Positions 13,288-25,900 of a DNA stretch of 64,000 bases are shown one piece after another. The notes below the pieces were generated by a model. It was not told the DNA's origin and did not search any database. It saw only the letters and a program-made list of their open reading frames with translations. This DNA comes from Negaprion brevirostris (Eukaryota). The stretch's first letter is position 1; each line of letters opens with the position of its first letter. Position numbers and translations under genes: made by a program. Location of the stretch: the NCBI GenBank assembly GCA_030324005.1, contig JARDVH010000128.1:31373221-31437220 (forward strand), given 5' to 3'.

Positions 13288-13899
13288 CTGTAAATAGAAA
13301 AAACCAAGTCAAATCAGAGTATGTCAAAGACGCTCAAATTCATTGCCAAAACCTGTATTTTGAAAATGGGAAAATAAAAACGTAATAAGATGGACATGCC
13401 GTAATTTAAAAAACAAACTTGCAAATAAAAATAATTTTTGGTCTCTTTCGGAAATTCGGAAGAGCTTCACCAACAATGAATTGCAACTTTCATTTTGGTT
13501 GAATGAGGAATATTGGCTTGAATGCTTGAAGAATTTCACTGCTATTTGAATTTGGCTATGGAAACTTTCACATCCACATGAAGACATAGTGGACCCTGAT
13601 TTATTGTCTCATCCTAAAGATGATAATGCAGCACTCCCACGGGATCAATGTACATTTTGATTTCAAGCCCTATGTGTACCCAGAAAGTTTCAGAGAGTGC
13701 TCTCGCTGGGCCAAGCGAGAGTTTCTCAAAAAAGTTACCTACAACAATTGCAGTTTGGGGGGGATACAAGAGCAAAGATTTGTGCACATTGGAGATAATT
13801 TAGTCTCTTCTGCTTTCTATCCTACACGTACCACCCCTTTTGTACTTCCCTCTTTTCTGTAATTGGTTTCGAACTGTCACATTTCTAACCAACCGACCT

Positions 13900-14620
13900 T
13901 TTTCTTATTTATTCGGGAGCACCACGGGCAAGTGAGCATTTATTGCCCATTCCCAATTGCCTTTGAGGTGGTGATACTGAACTACGTACATCATTGTTTT
14001 GTTATAATCACAGTGCTGTTAGAAGGGAAGTTCTGAGATTTTGACCTAGCAGTGAATAAACAGCAATAAGATCCTAATCAGGATGGTGTATGGCTTGGAA
14101 AAGGATTTGTTGGTGTTCTCATGTGCCTCTTGTCCTCGTCCTTCTCGGTGGTTGAGGCTGAGGGTTTGATTAATGCTATTAAAGGAGTCTTGTAAACTGC
14201 TGCTGTGCATCTTATAGATGGTACACACTGTGTGTCAGTGGCGGAAGAAGTGAATGTTGAAAGTGGTGGATCAGTGCTGATCAAGTGGGTTTGCTTTGTC
14301 CTGGATAGTGTTGAGTGTCTTCAGTGTTGAAGGAGTTGCACTCATTCAGGGAAGTAAAGAGGATTCCATCACAATTCTGAAACATAAGCGCTGTTTCTCT
14401 TTTTGTAGATGCTGCCAGATTGGTTGAGTATTTCTTTCTATTATGCAGCTGAGAAATCAAAGAATGTGGCAAAAAAGTGGGAGAGAGTTCCAAGACTCAG
14501 CAACAGGAGAAGAACTGCAATACTGTTGCAACTCAGGATGATGCACCTGGGAGACAAAATTGCAGGTGATGGTATCGCTGTGTATCCTGCTCATTCTTCG
14601 AGGTAGCAGAGTTGCAGGTT
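13900..14620 (-). mobile_element. Old LINE 3' region (CR1/L2 group) with an internally repeated segment
   Basis: gagcatttattgcccattccc...ctgctgtgcatcttatagatggtacacactg is the reverse complement of the 7640-8210 family. Confidence 0.6.
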
Positions 14621-15521
14621 TGATGTTTTAAGTTTCATTTCTACTTTGTCTTTTGTTTCAGGCACTTCCCTTCTTTTTGGGGACTCACCTTTTGATTTGT
14701 CCCTCAGCTAATTTCGTTTGGTTTAATTAATTGTTTTGCCAAAAAAGAGTAACTGAATGTTTATTTGTCCCTCAGTTGATTTGATTTAGATTAATTGTTT
14801 TACCAAAAAGATTGCTTGTCTGCTGCCACACTGCACCGCTGGTAGCCAGAGTTAATATTTTAGGTGGTTGATGATGTGTTGATCAAGGCGGTTGCTCTGT
14901 TTGGACGGTGTGAAGCTTGAATTGCTGGAGATTCACTCATGCAGACGAACAGCATTTCATCACACCCCTGACTTGTAGGTTGCATTAAACTTTCGTGCTT
15001 ACAATAAATGCCACTATGTGTCAGAATTGCTGGGTCAAGATATGGCAGCATGCTTGAATTGTACATTCAGTCAGCTAAGCACATAAAACTTTCTTCCTTT
15101 CAACTTTTAGCTCATAGGCAATCAGGATAGAATGTAAAATCTCAAATGTTGTTTCAGCCTTCAAAATGACTAAATGACAGAACTTTAAAGCACAGATATA
15201 TCCAGAAGATCTATAAATGAGATTTCTAGAATTACTGGCATTCTATAGTTGGACTTCATTACTTTGCATCAAGCTAGTATTACTGATTAGAAGTAGCTTG
15301 TAGCTGACAGGAAATACCTGTCCATTCAAAACTGCAGGAGAACCTCACACTGTATGATGTAAGACAACAAAATGGAAGCAAAGCTGTGTGAAGTACCACT
15401 TGTCATTGCTCCAAAAGACCCACAAGCCTGTTCTACCATTCAATTACAACTAATCAGTACCTCAATTCTCTCACCCACCTTAATCCCATAACACTTCATG
15501 ACCTTGCCAAACAAAACATAC

Positions 15522-15721
15522 CTGTCCTCCTTAATGACACTGACAAACTGAGCGTCTGTTTTCTCCCGGATTTGCTTGGAGCGTAGTGGAAGTAGTCCAT
15601 CCAGCTGCCTCTCACTCTGTAGCATCTCAAACAGCGATGTCTGGCTGTTGTTTAACTTTTCTTCTTCTGGGGGACTCAGCAGGCCATTTTGGGCCTTCAG
15701 ACTTCGCCCTGCTGTTGGTGC
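15522..15721 (-). CDS. ADCY9: ADCY9 coding exon (200 nt, C1b region)
   Basis: ctttctctcacgtag|APTAGRSLKAQNGLLSPPEEEKLNNSQTSLFEMLQSERQLDGLLPLRSKQIREKTDAQFVSVIKED(R)|gtatgt versus recalled human QNGLLSPPQEEKLTNSQTSL...LLPLRFKNIREKTDAHFVDVIKED. Phase 0/2. Confidence 0.94.
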
Positions 15722-15939
15722 CTACGTGAGAGAAAGGGCTCTATGACCTCACCACATTACAGAACAGAAGGGAGTAATAGATGGTGTTACAGTTAACCTA
15801 TACACTCAAATTCTAGCAACCTCCAGCAAATTCACCCAATGTGAAACATGGACAAGCAAATTTTGCACTGATGCTGAAAACAATGTATTCAAGTCAAGTG
15901 TCTCAATTACAACTTGCAAGCAATGCCGATTAAGAAATC

Positions 15940-16218
15940 AGGGCGGCATGGTAGCACAGTGGTTAGCACAGCTACTTCACAGCGCCAGGGATCTGGGTTC
16001 GATTCTTGGTTCGGGTCACTGTTTGTGTGGAGTTTGCATGTTCTCTCCATGTCTGCATGGGTTTCCTCTGGGTACTCCAGTTTCCTCCCACATTCTGAAA
16101 GATGTGCTGGTTAAGTGCATTGACCTGAACAGGTGCTAGACTGTGGCCATGAGAGGAATTTCACAGTAACTTCATTGCAGTGTTAATATACTTGTGACTA
16201 ATAAATAAACTTTAACTT
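15940..16218 (+). mobile_element. tRNA-derived SINE, variant tail
   Basis: gggcggcatggtagcacagtggttagcacagc...gggttcgattc A/B boxes; tail ttcacagtaacttcattgcagtg...aataaataaacttt. Confidence 0.88.
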
Positions 16219-17244
16219 TGGATATACCATTGCCAATTGTGAAAAGTTAGCCCTCAGACACCCATTGGGAGGTCAACTAAGGGCCATAAGTGGGAAATTG
16301 AGGGTCACTTCTCAGCTGTGTGCATTTTCCCCACAGTTGGATGGCGTGATGATACATGGAGAGATTGCTAAGTGAAGTTTAATGGCCTCCCAATAAGATC
16401 CAGGAGGATAGCCCACCTTTACAGTCACATCATGGGCCACAGGGCATGATCCACTGACAACAGTTTCCCTGCAGCAACAACTCTCTGCTGCTCAGCAANN
16501 NNNNNNNNNNNNNNNNNNNNNNNNNNNNNNNNNNNNNNNNNNNNNNNNNNNNNNNNNNNNNNNNNNNNNNNNNNNNNNNNNNNNNNNNNNNNNNNNNNNN
16601 NNNNNNNNNNNNNNNNNNNNNNNNNNNNNNNNNNNNNNNNNNNNNNNNNNNNNNNNNNNNNNNNNNNNNNNNNNNNNNNNNNNNNNNNNNNNNNNNNNNN
16701 NNNNNNNNNNNNNNNNNNNNNNNNNNNNNNNNNNNNNNNNNNNNNNNNNNNNNNNNNNNNNNNNNNNNNNNNNNGGTTGCCTCCCAGGGGTGAGATTCTC
16801 CTGTCAACAGCAAAAATAAGCCTAAAATTTCTTAGAGGTTGCCATATGGAAATACGATAGACTGGAGAGCCACAAGCATCAGATATCATACCATTAACTG
16901 ATAGCACAGTCCGCATGTAGGTACCATGTTCCTTTAAACATCCTCCTCTCTCAGCTAAAGATTCTGCAGCAGAATTCTCCCTTAGGATAAACAGTGGCCT
17001 TAGTGAAGGCTGTTGTGGAGAGCCTAAATCAGTTCCCCACTTCATCGAACCTGCCTAAATTCTTGCCCCTATTGCCTTGAATTAGACAGCAAGCTCATTT
17101 ATCAATTAAAACTTCACCCACCACTGTTTGCAAATCTGAACTTTAATTAGTTTCCCACTGGAGGTGGGATTCAGATCTAAAAACAGACCTGGCTTCTGGT
17201 TCTCAACTTCGTGACAAACATTCAACCATTCAGCTTTTAAAAAA

Positions 17245-17495
17245 AAGATAAAATACTGCTGATACTGAAAATCTGAAATAAAAACAGAAACTGCTGGATA
17301 AACTCAGCTGATCTGGCAATTCTGTGGAAAGATCGTTTAGATCCAAAATGTTAACTCTGCTTCTCCCCACAGATGTTGCCAGACCTGCTGAATTTTCTGT
17401 TTTTATTATAGCCCATTAACTTGTTTCTCTCTGCAGCGGTGCTCCCTGACTGGCTGAGTACTTTGAGGATATTCCATTTTATTTCAGATTGCTTT
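17245..17495. mobile_element. Fold-back Penelope-like terminal repeat fragments
   Basis: aaatctgaaataaaaacagaaactgctgg...(minus copy) followed by two plus copies ending tttatttcagatt. Confidence 0.6.
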
Positions 17496-18954
17496 GGCAG
17501 CATTTGCAATCAAGACTGTGAGAAAGGAAATGCAGGGAATACAACACAGAAATGTGAAGCAGGATCAGACTCCAGGGATTCTGGTGTAACCTGATCCTCA
17601 TCATCCCCCGACATTTAGTTGAGGTGCAGCAGAAAGGAGTGGAAAGATCGTCACATCCCACAATCTCTATGCTTAAAAAGTTGTGCAATTTGCTTCAATA
17701 TAGAAAATATCAAAGAGATGCTCACTCAGCAGAAAAGTCAACTATTGCAAAATGAATGAAATTCCCTACTATTTAAAAAGAAAGTATGAATAAATTTAGT
17801 CAGCTCTACAGAATGAGTATAATACAATGTAATGTTAATATAACAGGTATCCCATATGCCAGCAATGTTTCACAGTGGGTTGCCACTTAGTCCACAATCT
17901 GCAGTGACTCTACCGATCTGAATCTAGTGCCCAAACTTTTTATTTTTTGGTACTACTCCCATTAAACAACAATAGACCCAGCATAGTACTCCTTACTTCC
18001 TTCCATACCAGTCCTGTCTTAGATATTATCATCCTTTGTTTCCCATGGTTCAGCCAAGTTTTAATCTATTTCAGAAGCACTGCACCAAAACCAAGCCTTC
18101 CAATCTGGTGAAACAATTTGTAATGTATCGAAAACTTCTGAAATTTGAACTTGACCCTGTGATCTTCCAGTAGGTAACTCTGCACTGACTGCACTTGTAT
18201 TTCCTGTGTGGTTTTCACACATTTTCCTTGGGGACAATTGTGTTCCCTTTTCTATTTATCTCCAGGATGGAGTTTTCCTCAATCTGTCCCATGCCCTCTG
18301 GGACACTAGACCCCTCAGATAGCAGTCCAGCCTCTTCTGTCCTCCCCTGTGGCATATTGCCCAGGCGAGACTTCCTCCTCACTTTCTGTCTGCCTGCTGA
18401 GGAGAAGAGCAGAGGCTTGAATGGAAGGAAAGAATATTCCAAATACAAGAAGGAATGAACCTTGGTCCCTGTTTAAATCCTGGAAGATGGTTTCTGCTAA
18501 CCATACCTTGGGTGCATTTCCTTCAACCTTCGCCACTTTTATCCTAGTAGTTTTGCACTTCTCTCATCCTACTTTGGCCCTTTTAAATTCTATACACCCT
18601 ATGTGGGCCTATGCAGATTTGATGCTTTAAATTTCATGGCCTCTAGCATAGCTGTTGTAAAGTCTTTAATCTCTTTAGTCCTTACTTGTTCTCTCGCCCC
18701 TATAAATTTTCGGAGTTTCCTCAGCTCAAACTCCCACAGACACCAGCCCAAATCCATGTATCTGCACAGCTAGCAGTGATAGTCACTGAGCTGTTGTGGT
18801 GCCCATCTGCTGGTCCAGGTTTNNNNNNNNNNNNNNNNNNNNNNNNNNNNNNNNNNNNNNNNNNNNNNNNNNNNNNNNNNNNNNNNNNNNNNNNNNNNNN
18901 NNNNNNNNNNNNNNNNNNNNNNTACAGGGTCTACATTTTGCTATGGATTGATAC

Positions 18955-19059
18955 CTTGGCATTTTTGCGCTCATCTTGACAGCCATTTTGTACAGCACTT
19001 TCCTCTGCACTGACATTGGATCCAGGGAGCAACATGACGTTACAGGATGGACACATGGG
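18955..19059 (-). CDS. ADCY9: ADCY9 coding exon (105 nt, C1b region)
   Basis: ttttgtttttcag|PMCPSCNVMLLPGSNVSAEESAVQNGCQDERKNAK|gtatca versus recalled human TCPSCG...QNGCQDEHKNSTK. Phase 0/0. Confidence 0.92.
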
Positions 19060-21152
19060 CTGAAAAACAAAATACAGGGTTTGGTTAAAGGACTATCACT
19101 ACAAGAAGCCTCAAATATTATTCAGTAGTGTTCATGAAACACTATGCACCATCTCATTTCAACTGATGTGATATCCCCTTTGTTTGAGCAGCATGATGGC
19201 ATTCACCATCTATTAATCGCAAATAAAAGTGAACACCACCCTTCTCAGGGTCTGTTATTGGCAAAGATTACATACATCCCTCTCAAAACAGATGAGTTAA
19301 ACTAGACAATAGTCCCCTAACAGGAAAGATGCTTTCTGGTTAACAAATGGAAGCAAAAGCACCTTTTGTGCTGCATTTCCAGTGATTTGTATCAGCTCTC
19401 AAATGTTCTGCTGTGCACAAAAGTTTGGTATGTATCACTCATTCTTTGAAAATTCAGCTGTCACAAAAGGGGGAAAAAACTTAAGAGCACCAAATCAAAC
19501 CTCAGCTTTAGGTCCCTGTTCACTCAGCTGCCCATATGGCTTTATGATGGAGCCAATAGCAGACAGCAAGTATTTACACTGGACTAGATTCAAATTCTTT
19601 GGTTACAGAGTGACCTATCCCAAATCAGGATCTTCAATCTAAAATAAGAAGTCCTCTGTCAGAAGCAACAAGCCTAACTTCAGTTTCTGTTGGATTTGAA
19701 CATTTTGAACACAGCTTTCAGGAAGAGGAAGCTTTGTTCATCATGGATCTTATGAACATAAATCATGCATTGACATGCAGTTGTAAACACTTGCTTTAAT
19801 GACAGCTTTAGCAGCAGCACTTATTAGAAGATAGGATGCAGGTTGAACTGGAAATTACTGGACAGTCCACTGTTTCATCCATTTATGAACTATTAATCGA
19901 AATTTTAACTCCTTTGCAATCTGATAAATCAGAAAAGTGCATAATACTTAAACCACAGATAATTCTGCCTCTGATCCAGACAGCAAGCCTGACGTATAGA
20001 CTTTTGCCTAGATAGTGATCATTGTACAATAGTGTGTCAGAATGAGCCTTTTGTGTAATCTGAGAGCACAATGTCTGACATTAGACATAGAACAGGAAGC
20101 ATTGCAACACTCAGTAATCTTGTAATCTTGGTAATCAAACATGTGTATTAAGTTGTAGTTGGGATTTGTTTTTTGTTGAGACCAGTGTCCCTTTAAGTTG
20201 CTGCCCCTTTTACTTTGTCCCTTAGTTCATTTGATTTAGTTTCATCAGTTCATCCAAAAAAGTTGGAAAATCCAGCCCAAGAAGTAGTACAAAATGCAAT
20301 GCACCTGCTAATGATTATCTCCCTCATTAATACTGCACAGTACATTTACAAGGACAAAGTCTGGACTGATATTAAGGACATGCAAGAAACACTGGAATGT
20401 TTAAGTGCAAAAAGTAAACCTCACGTGAACAGGATATACTCTCTTATGCAACAATGTGAACCTGTAAATGCACAAAAAAATGACCTGGTTGGACCACAGA
20501 AGTCAGCTTGCAAAACTTATGGACATTTCGGTAGATTTTGTTGAATCTCGGCTGATAGGCTAACACCCAAGCAAGCACACCCATAGATACACAAAGGAAT
20601 AGGTGCAATATCTACTATATTCCTCATTTCCGAAGTAGAAATTCAAGGTTCCAAATGTGTCCATCCCAAACTATCATTTAACATGGAGGTTACACTCTAG
20701 TTACTTATCACACAAAGACATCATGTCAATTTACAGGAAAAATCAGTGTTGGAAAGTTCATCAATAATTCCACAGAATTGAGTGAAATGAGTGCTCGTCA
20801 ACTCTCTCTCTATTAGAGAATGGTCTCTACAAAAGAATCACAAGCTCCTAATATGGGTGTCATTTTATGTGACTGAACAAGCTAATTCTCAACCCACAAA
20901 TCATTGGGCACATGGGGCATGGAAGAAACAGTCTCTAGAATATTATAGAATTAACAGGCATAGTATTATAAACAGCTAGAGGAAGGCCTTATGCTGACTT
21001 TGTCCTTTTGGGGAAAAAACATTCTTAGCAACCAGTGGTAAACAAAGATAACCATGGAAAATAGTGGCATCAGGAATTCTCCTGGTACAGGTTTCCCTAT
21101 TGACATTCTCAAGTCAATAGAATGGCATCTTGTACCCTCTTAATTATATGAC

Positions 21153-21930
21153 TGTGATGATACTGTGCCTTTAAGAGATGTATTTTAGTCATGTTTCTGT
21201 GCAAAATGTTTTTAGCAGCCCTTTCCATTTTACCGGTGTTCTTGGGTCTATAACCGGCATCCTGTACAGTTACTGCAGCAACATAATTGTTTCTTTTAGC
21301 CAGAATGTTTGGTTTAATCTGGACCAATGTTGTTCTTTTTTAGTGGTTTTGCAGAGGAGGGCTTGATTAGATTGACTGACAGGCAAGGTCATATAGCTAT
21401 GCAGAGCTCGGCTTGCACAGAAAATTCAAAATTAGTTGCTGTTGGGCAGCTGCAGAGGGGTATCCTTTCTGTCTCTGAAGTTTGGATGCTGGGAGCTGCA
21501 AGAGACTAAATTTATTTCTCTGCTACTGTTTGGGAATATATCCTTCTCTGGAAATTGCTGACCGGATCTCTATTCAGAGGTGTTCAAAGGCTGGAAATTT
21601 AAAACCCACATAAGCATCCTTGCTTTCTGTTCAAGTTGGTTCTAAAGGAGGGATTTCTGTCTATAGCGGACGCTGCTAAATTGGAGACAGCTGTTAAGAA
21701 TTTTGTAATGATTAAGCAATTTAATTGGTAAAAGTTACGCTAATTCTTTGTTACATTCTAATTATGTTAAGTAAAGCTTGTTTCGTTTTGAGGAAAACTT
21801 CCTAATGAGAATGTTGCATCATACCTGGAGTGAAACGCTTTAACTCACTCTAATGCCAAAATCAAATGTAAAAACTGGGGTCTGAGCTAACTGCACAATA
21901 TACCTTGAGTCTCTGGTCTGGTCCCTAACA
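21153..21930 (+). mobile_element. Solo LTR (Gypsy-type probable)
   Basis: Starts TGtgatgatactgtgcctttaag and ends ggtctggtccctaaCA. Flanks tgac/tgag look like a near-perfect 4-bp TSD. Both termini resemble those of 36436-37201. Confidence 0.6.
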
Positions 21931-22041
21931 TGAGTGCCTAGCATGAATTAACAAATGGTACTCCACATGGGATAAGCTGAAAAATAACCAAAGTTAGTGG
22001 TGGAGGTGGTGATATCTTGGATACCTGTTCTGTGGTCAATA

Positions 22042-22336
22042 CAGTAAAAAGTCTGACAACACCAGGTTTTAGTCCAATCGATTTATTTGATAATAGACTC
22101 ACAAGCTTTCGGGGTTAGCCCCTTCGTCAGGTGAATGGAGAGTTCTGGCCTCAGANNNNNNNNNNNNNNNNNNNNNNNNNNNNNNNNNNNNNNNNNNNNN
22201 NNNNNNNNNNNNNNNNNNNNNNNNNNNNNNNNNNNNNNNNNNNNNNNNNNNNNNNATAAATCGGTTGGACTAAAACCTCGTGTTGTCAGACTTTTTACTG
22301 TGTTTACGCCAGTCCAACGCCGGCATACCCACATCA
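22042..22336 (+). mobile_element. Young fold-back Penelope-like element with hammerhead core and 11-bp TSD (centre is a gap)
   Basis: 46-bp inverted arms 22041-22086 / 22256-22301 with 2 mismatches. Minus-strand CTGACGA agggg ctaa cccc GAAA. TSD tgtggtcaata at 22031-22041 and 22337-22347. Confidence 0.8.
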
Positions 22337-22744
22337 TGTGGTCAATAGCCAGAGCTATCTGAACAAGTAATTGATATTGTATAAACAACAAGTCATAAAC
22401 ATAGTATACTAATGGGTGCTCAGGGGTTAAAGGAGCAGTGCTCAGACAGCTACCTTATTCTTCCCTGGTTTTCCTCTGAAGAAGGGAAAACCTGGAGAAC
22501 GATACTTTGGCTAGAGATCTAAAGGCTGCTAACACAAACAACAGAGATCAACAGTGATCTGCGCCATACATCCATTTATCCTCCAGGATCAGTAAACCAG
22601 CCTCACCTGTCACTGGTTCTGTCCTTTTCTCTATCTGCGTAGCTTATGTAACATATTAAAGTAATTGCTTCTTAATAAGTAGGGAATGCTCCATCGCCCT
22701 ATTTGGGTAACCTGACAAATCCAACATTGAGGATGTATTTTTTT

Positions 22745-24120
22745 TTCTTTCCTTTCCTTCTAGGGGTTTAAATGATTTTTTCAAAATTCTGGAACGGTCT
22801 CAGTAGATTGGAAGTTTGAAAGTGTCACATTTGAAAGGAAGAGAAAAACAGGCCATTCAGCCTAACAGTCAGCAGGAAAATGCTGGAATACTATATTGAG
22901 GACGTCTTAACTATGGTTCTCTAAATACACTGTATGATCAGACAGTCAATATGTTTTGTTTGTGGCTTTTTGGTATTAAGCCTTTTAATTTGTTCCAACT
23001 TTGTTCCCTTTAAGTAGCCAGGCCAAGTCACAGTGCTTTTCACAACAGCTGTTTACTGGAACAACATAGCAAGGACCCTGGAAGCCAGCTAGTGGCCAGA
23101 GTACAGAATTCAGGATTACACAAGCAGGTAGTTTCAGATAATTAATATATACCAATCAAGCTACAGGAATTATCTCTATCCACTTAATTATTGGTTAGGG
23201 TTATATCATGCATAAGATACAAATGTTAAAACTAATCACCACCATTGCACACCTGCTTACTTATGATTTCCAATCAGCGTGAGGTTTAATCAGCTATTAT
23301 CTATTTAGCTAGCTATCCATTGTTACAAGTTATCCTTGACATCCCAGCTTGTCTGGATTTGTAGGTAACAATTACTTTTCCCATGTCCAGATGCCTGATT
23401 TAATGATTTTTTTCAGAATCTATATTCTATGGTTCCTCCCTTGTAACTAGGCCTTGACTCTTGTCTGGGTCAGCTTTAATACTAACCCATGGTTTCTTTC
23501 ATAGCAGCTTGAAAGATTTTCACGTGTGATTATTAACTCTTTCAGTTTTATTAAAGGAAATAATATTTGACAGGCGTATGAACTGGTTTTGAGGCTGTAA
23601 CGAATAGGATCAATAAAATATAAACCAAATGTAGTACACCAGGAGTTTCCAGAAGTAATTCACTAAGGTACTACATGAAGTTAATAAGCAAGATTCCTGA
23701 AGTTGAGGATAGTACGTTAGTATGGACAAAGGATTAGTTAACAGACAGAATACAAAGAATAGGCACAATTAGGGTAGCTTCAGAGGGTGGAAAGCTGTAA
23801 CTAGTGAAGTACTGCAGGAACCAGTGCTAAACGTCAGCTATTTATAATCTGTGACCTGGGTGAAGAGACAGTATAGCATATCTACATTTTCTGATGATAC
23901 AAAGCTGTGGGAGAAATGTAAGCTGCAAGGATGATACAAAGGCTGCTAAGTCGTCTATACTGGTTAAGCAAGTAGATAGATGAAGTCTAATGTGGGGAAG
24001 TGAGGTTATTCACTTTGGTCACGGTGTAGAAGGGCTGAATACTTTTTGAAAAGGTGTGGAACTTCTAAACATTGATGCTCAGAGACTTACTGTGCTCATA
24101 CAAGCAACACAAACTTAGCA
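22745..24120 (+). mobile_element. Degraded CR1 ORF2 interrupted by an insertion at about 22950-23545
   Basis: Decayed CR1 RT motifs (agattggaag, ggaccagtgcta, FSDDTKL, gaagtctaatgtggggaagtgagg). Confidence 0.6.
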
Positions 24121-25454
24121 TGGGAGAGAGAACCAGCTTTGAAGACCTCAGCTGGAATACCACGTGGGACACTGCATTTGTCATTTTCATTCATTTGATT
24201 GCATTTTGTAGCTCTCCCACTAATGGCGATTCACCCATGGATCTGACCACAGGGTAAATGGAGAATATTTGCCGTCACTCTGAATTCATGTTTGACAAAA
24301 CCATCCTATGAATGAAGGTCCACTTGACTTTGTCTTTAGAACTTCATGACAATTAAGCATATTATTGGATATTTCCAGCTTTCTCTTCCCATCACAAATA
24401 GAACAGAATAAGGCCTAGAACAGAATATGGATTCAAACAGAGGCGACAAATTATGTTCAGCAAAGCCAAGGTGATTGATTGAGGGAAAAAACAGTAATGC
24501 ACAAAGTCAGAGCAGTGAGTTAAACTAAGAAACATATTTAGTATTACAATAAGTAGGGGCATGACTGGGCACCTGAGTCCTGTCTAAAGGACATCTTGTA
24601 CCATATGGAAAACCGAATGCTTCTCATGCCCAGGACAACCATGCCGGAAAAACTGTCAATTGGAGAAACTCGGTCTGGCTTTTACAGCTCGAGCAGCAGG
24701 TGGGATCACTGTGGTGCATCCAGAAGGCTGAGCACTACATGGTTAACACATTTCAGGAAGTGATCACCCTACAGCTTCAGAATATGCAAGCAGTGTGGGA
24801 TTGGGTGACTGTCAAAGAAACTGAGAACAAGACAGATAATGAGAATCTGAAGAAGATCTCACTCCTTAAATCTTATTCATTGTGGAGAGATGGTGGTGTG
24901 GTGGTAATGTCACTGAACTAGTAATTCAGAGGCCCAAAGGCAAGAAAATAGATGAAGGAATTGTTCAATGAAAATGACAAATGCATTGTCCCATGTGGTA
25001 TTTTAGCTGAAGAACTGTTCAATGACTAATGGTATTTACTTCAACACAAGGAGTCCAGTGAATAAGGTGATATGCTGAAGGGGCAGTTTGATGCTTGAAG
25101 TAGAAGATAGCTAATGCTGGAACATGACTTAAACATGGCAGAAATGACAGCTCAATCTTCCTGGTGACTAAGTTTTTAAATAGAAGGGAAGGGGTTGCAG
25201 TTGCAATATTGGGTCAAAAAAAATTCAAAACTGTGAAAGATATGCCAGAAGGATCATCACGAGGCCGTATGCGCTCAACGGAGCACAAAAATATGCAGTC
25301 ACTGTTGACGAACAGTAGAAAATGGAAGGGCAAGTATATTGGCAAATTGCTGAAAGTGCAAAATTAATAGAGCAGTTTTCGGAAGGGATTTCAACTACCC
25401 TTTTATCTGTAATGAAATCTGTGCAAAAGATAGTTAAAAAAAGCCTACCAATGA

Positions 25455-25900
25455 ATGCTTCTACTTTCTCAGGAGATTAAGAAAATTTGGCAAGTCCTCT
25501 ACAGCTCTCACCAATTTCTACAGATGGACCATAGAAGGCATTCTTTTTGGTTGTATCACAGCTTGGTACGGCTCAGAAAAGCCGGCAGCATAATTAAGGA
25601 CATCACGCACCCTGGACATTCTCTCTTCCACTTCCTTCCGTCGGGAAAAAGATACGAAGTCTGAGGTCACATACCAACCAACTCAATAACAGCTTCTTCC
25701 CTGCTGCCATCAGACTTTTCAATGGACAAATCTCGCTTTAAATTGATCTTTCTCTACACCCTAGCTATGGCTACATTCTGTGCACTCTCCTTTCCTTCTC
25801 TATGAATGGTATGCTTTGTCTATATAGTGCACAAGAAACAATACTTTTCACTATATACTAATACATGCGACAATAATAAATCAAATCAAAATCAAATCAG
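25455..25900 (+). mobile_element. Rex1/Babar-type LINE 3' end
   Basis: ctactttctcaggagattaag...KAGSIIKDITHPGHSLFHFLPSGKRY, with tail aataataaa(tcaaa)n. Same family as 40065-41075. Confidence 0.8.

Noticed and set aside
17990-18700. Purine-rich minus-strand stretch with ORFs (18215-18448, 18315-18536), a good polypyrimidine acceptor near 18397 and a KYKCSQC-like motif; possible extra ADCY9 exon
   Set aside because: All nearby acceptors hit a stop in the required phase 0, and there is no similarity to ADCY9. More likely a decayed retroelement interior, which I could not classify.
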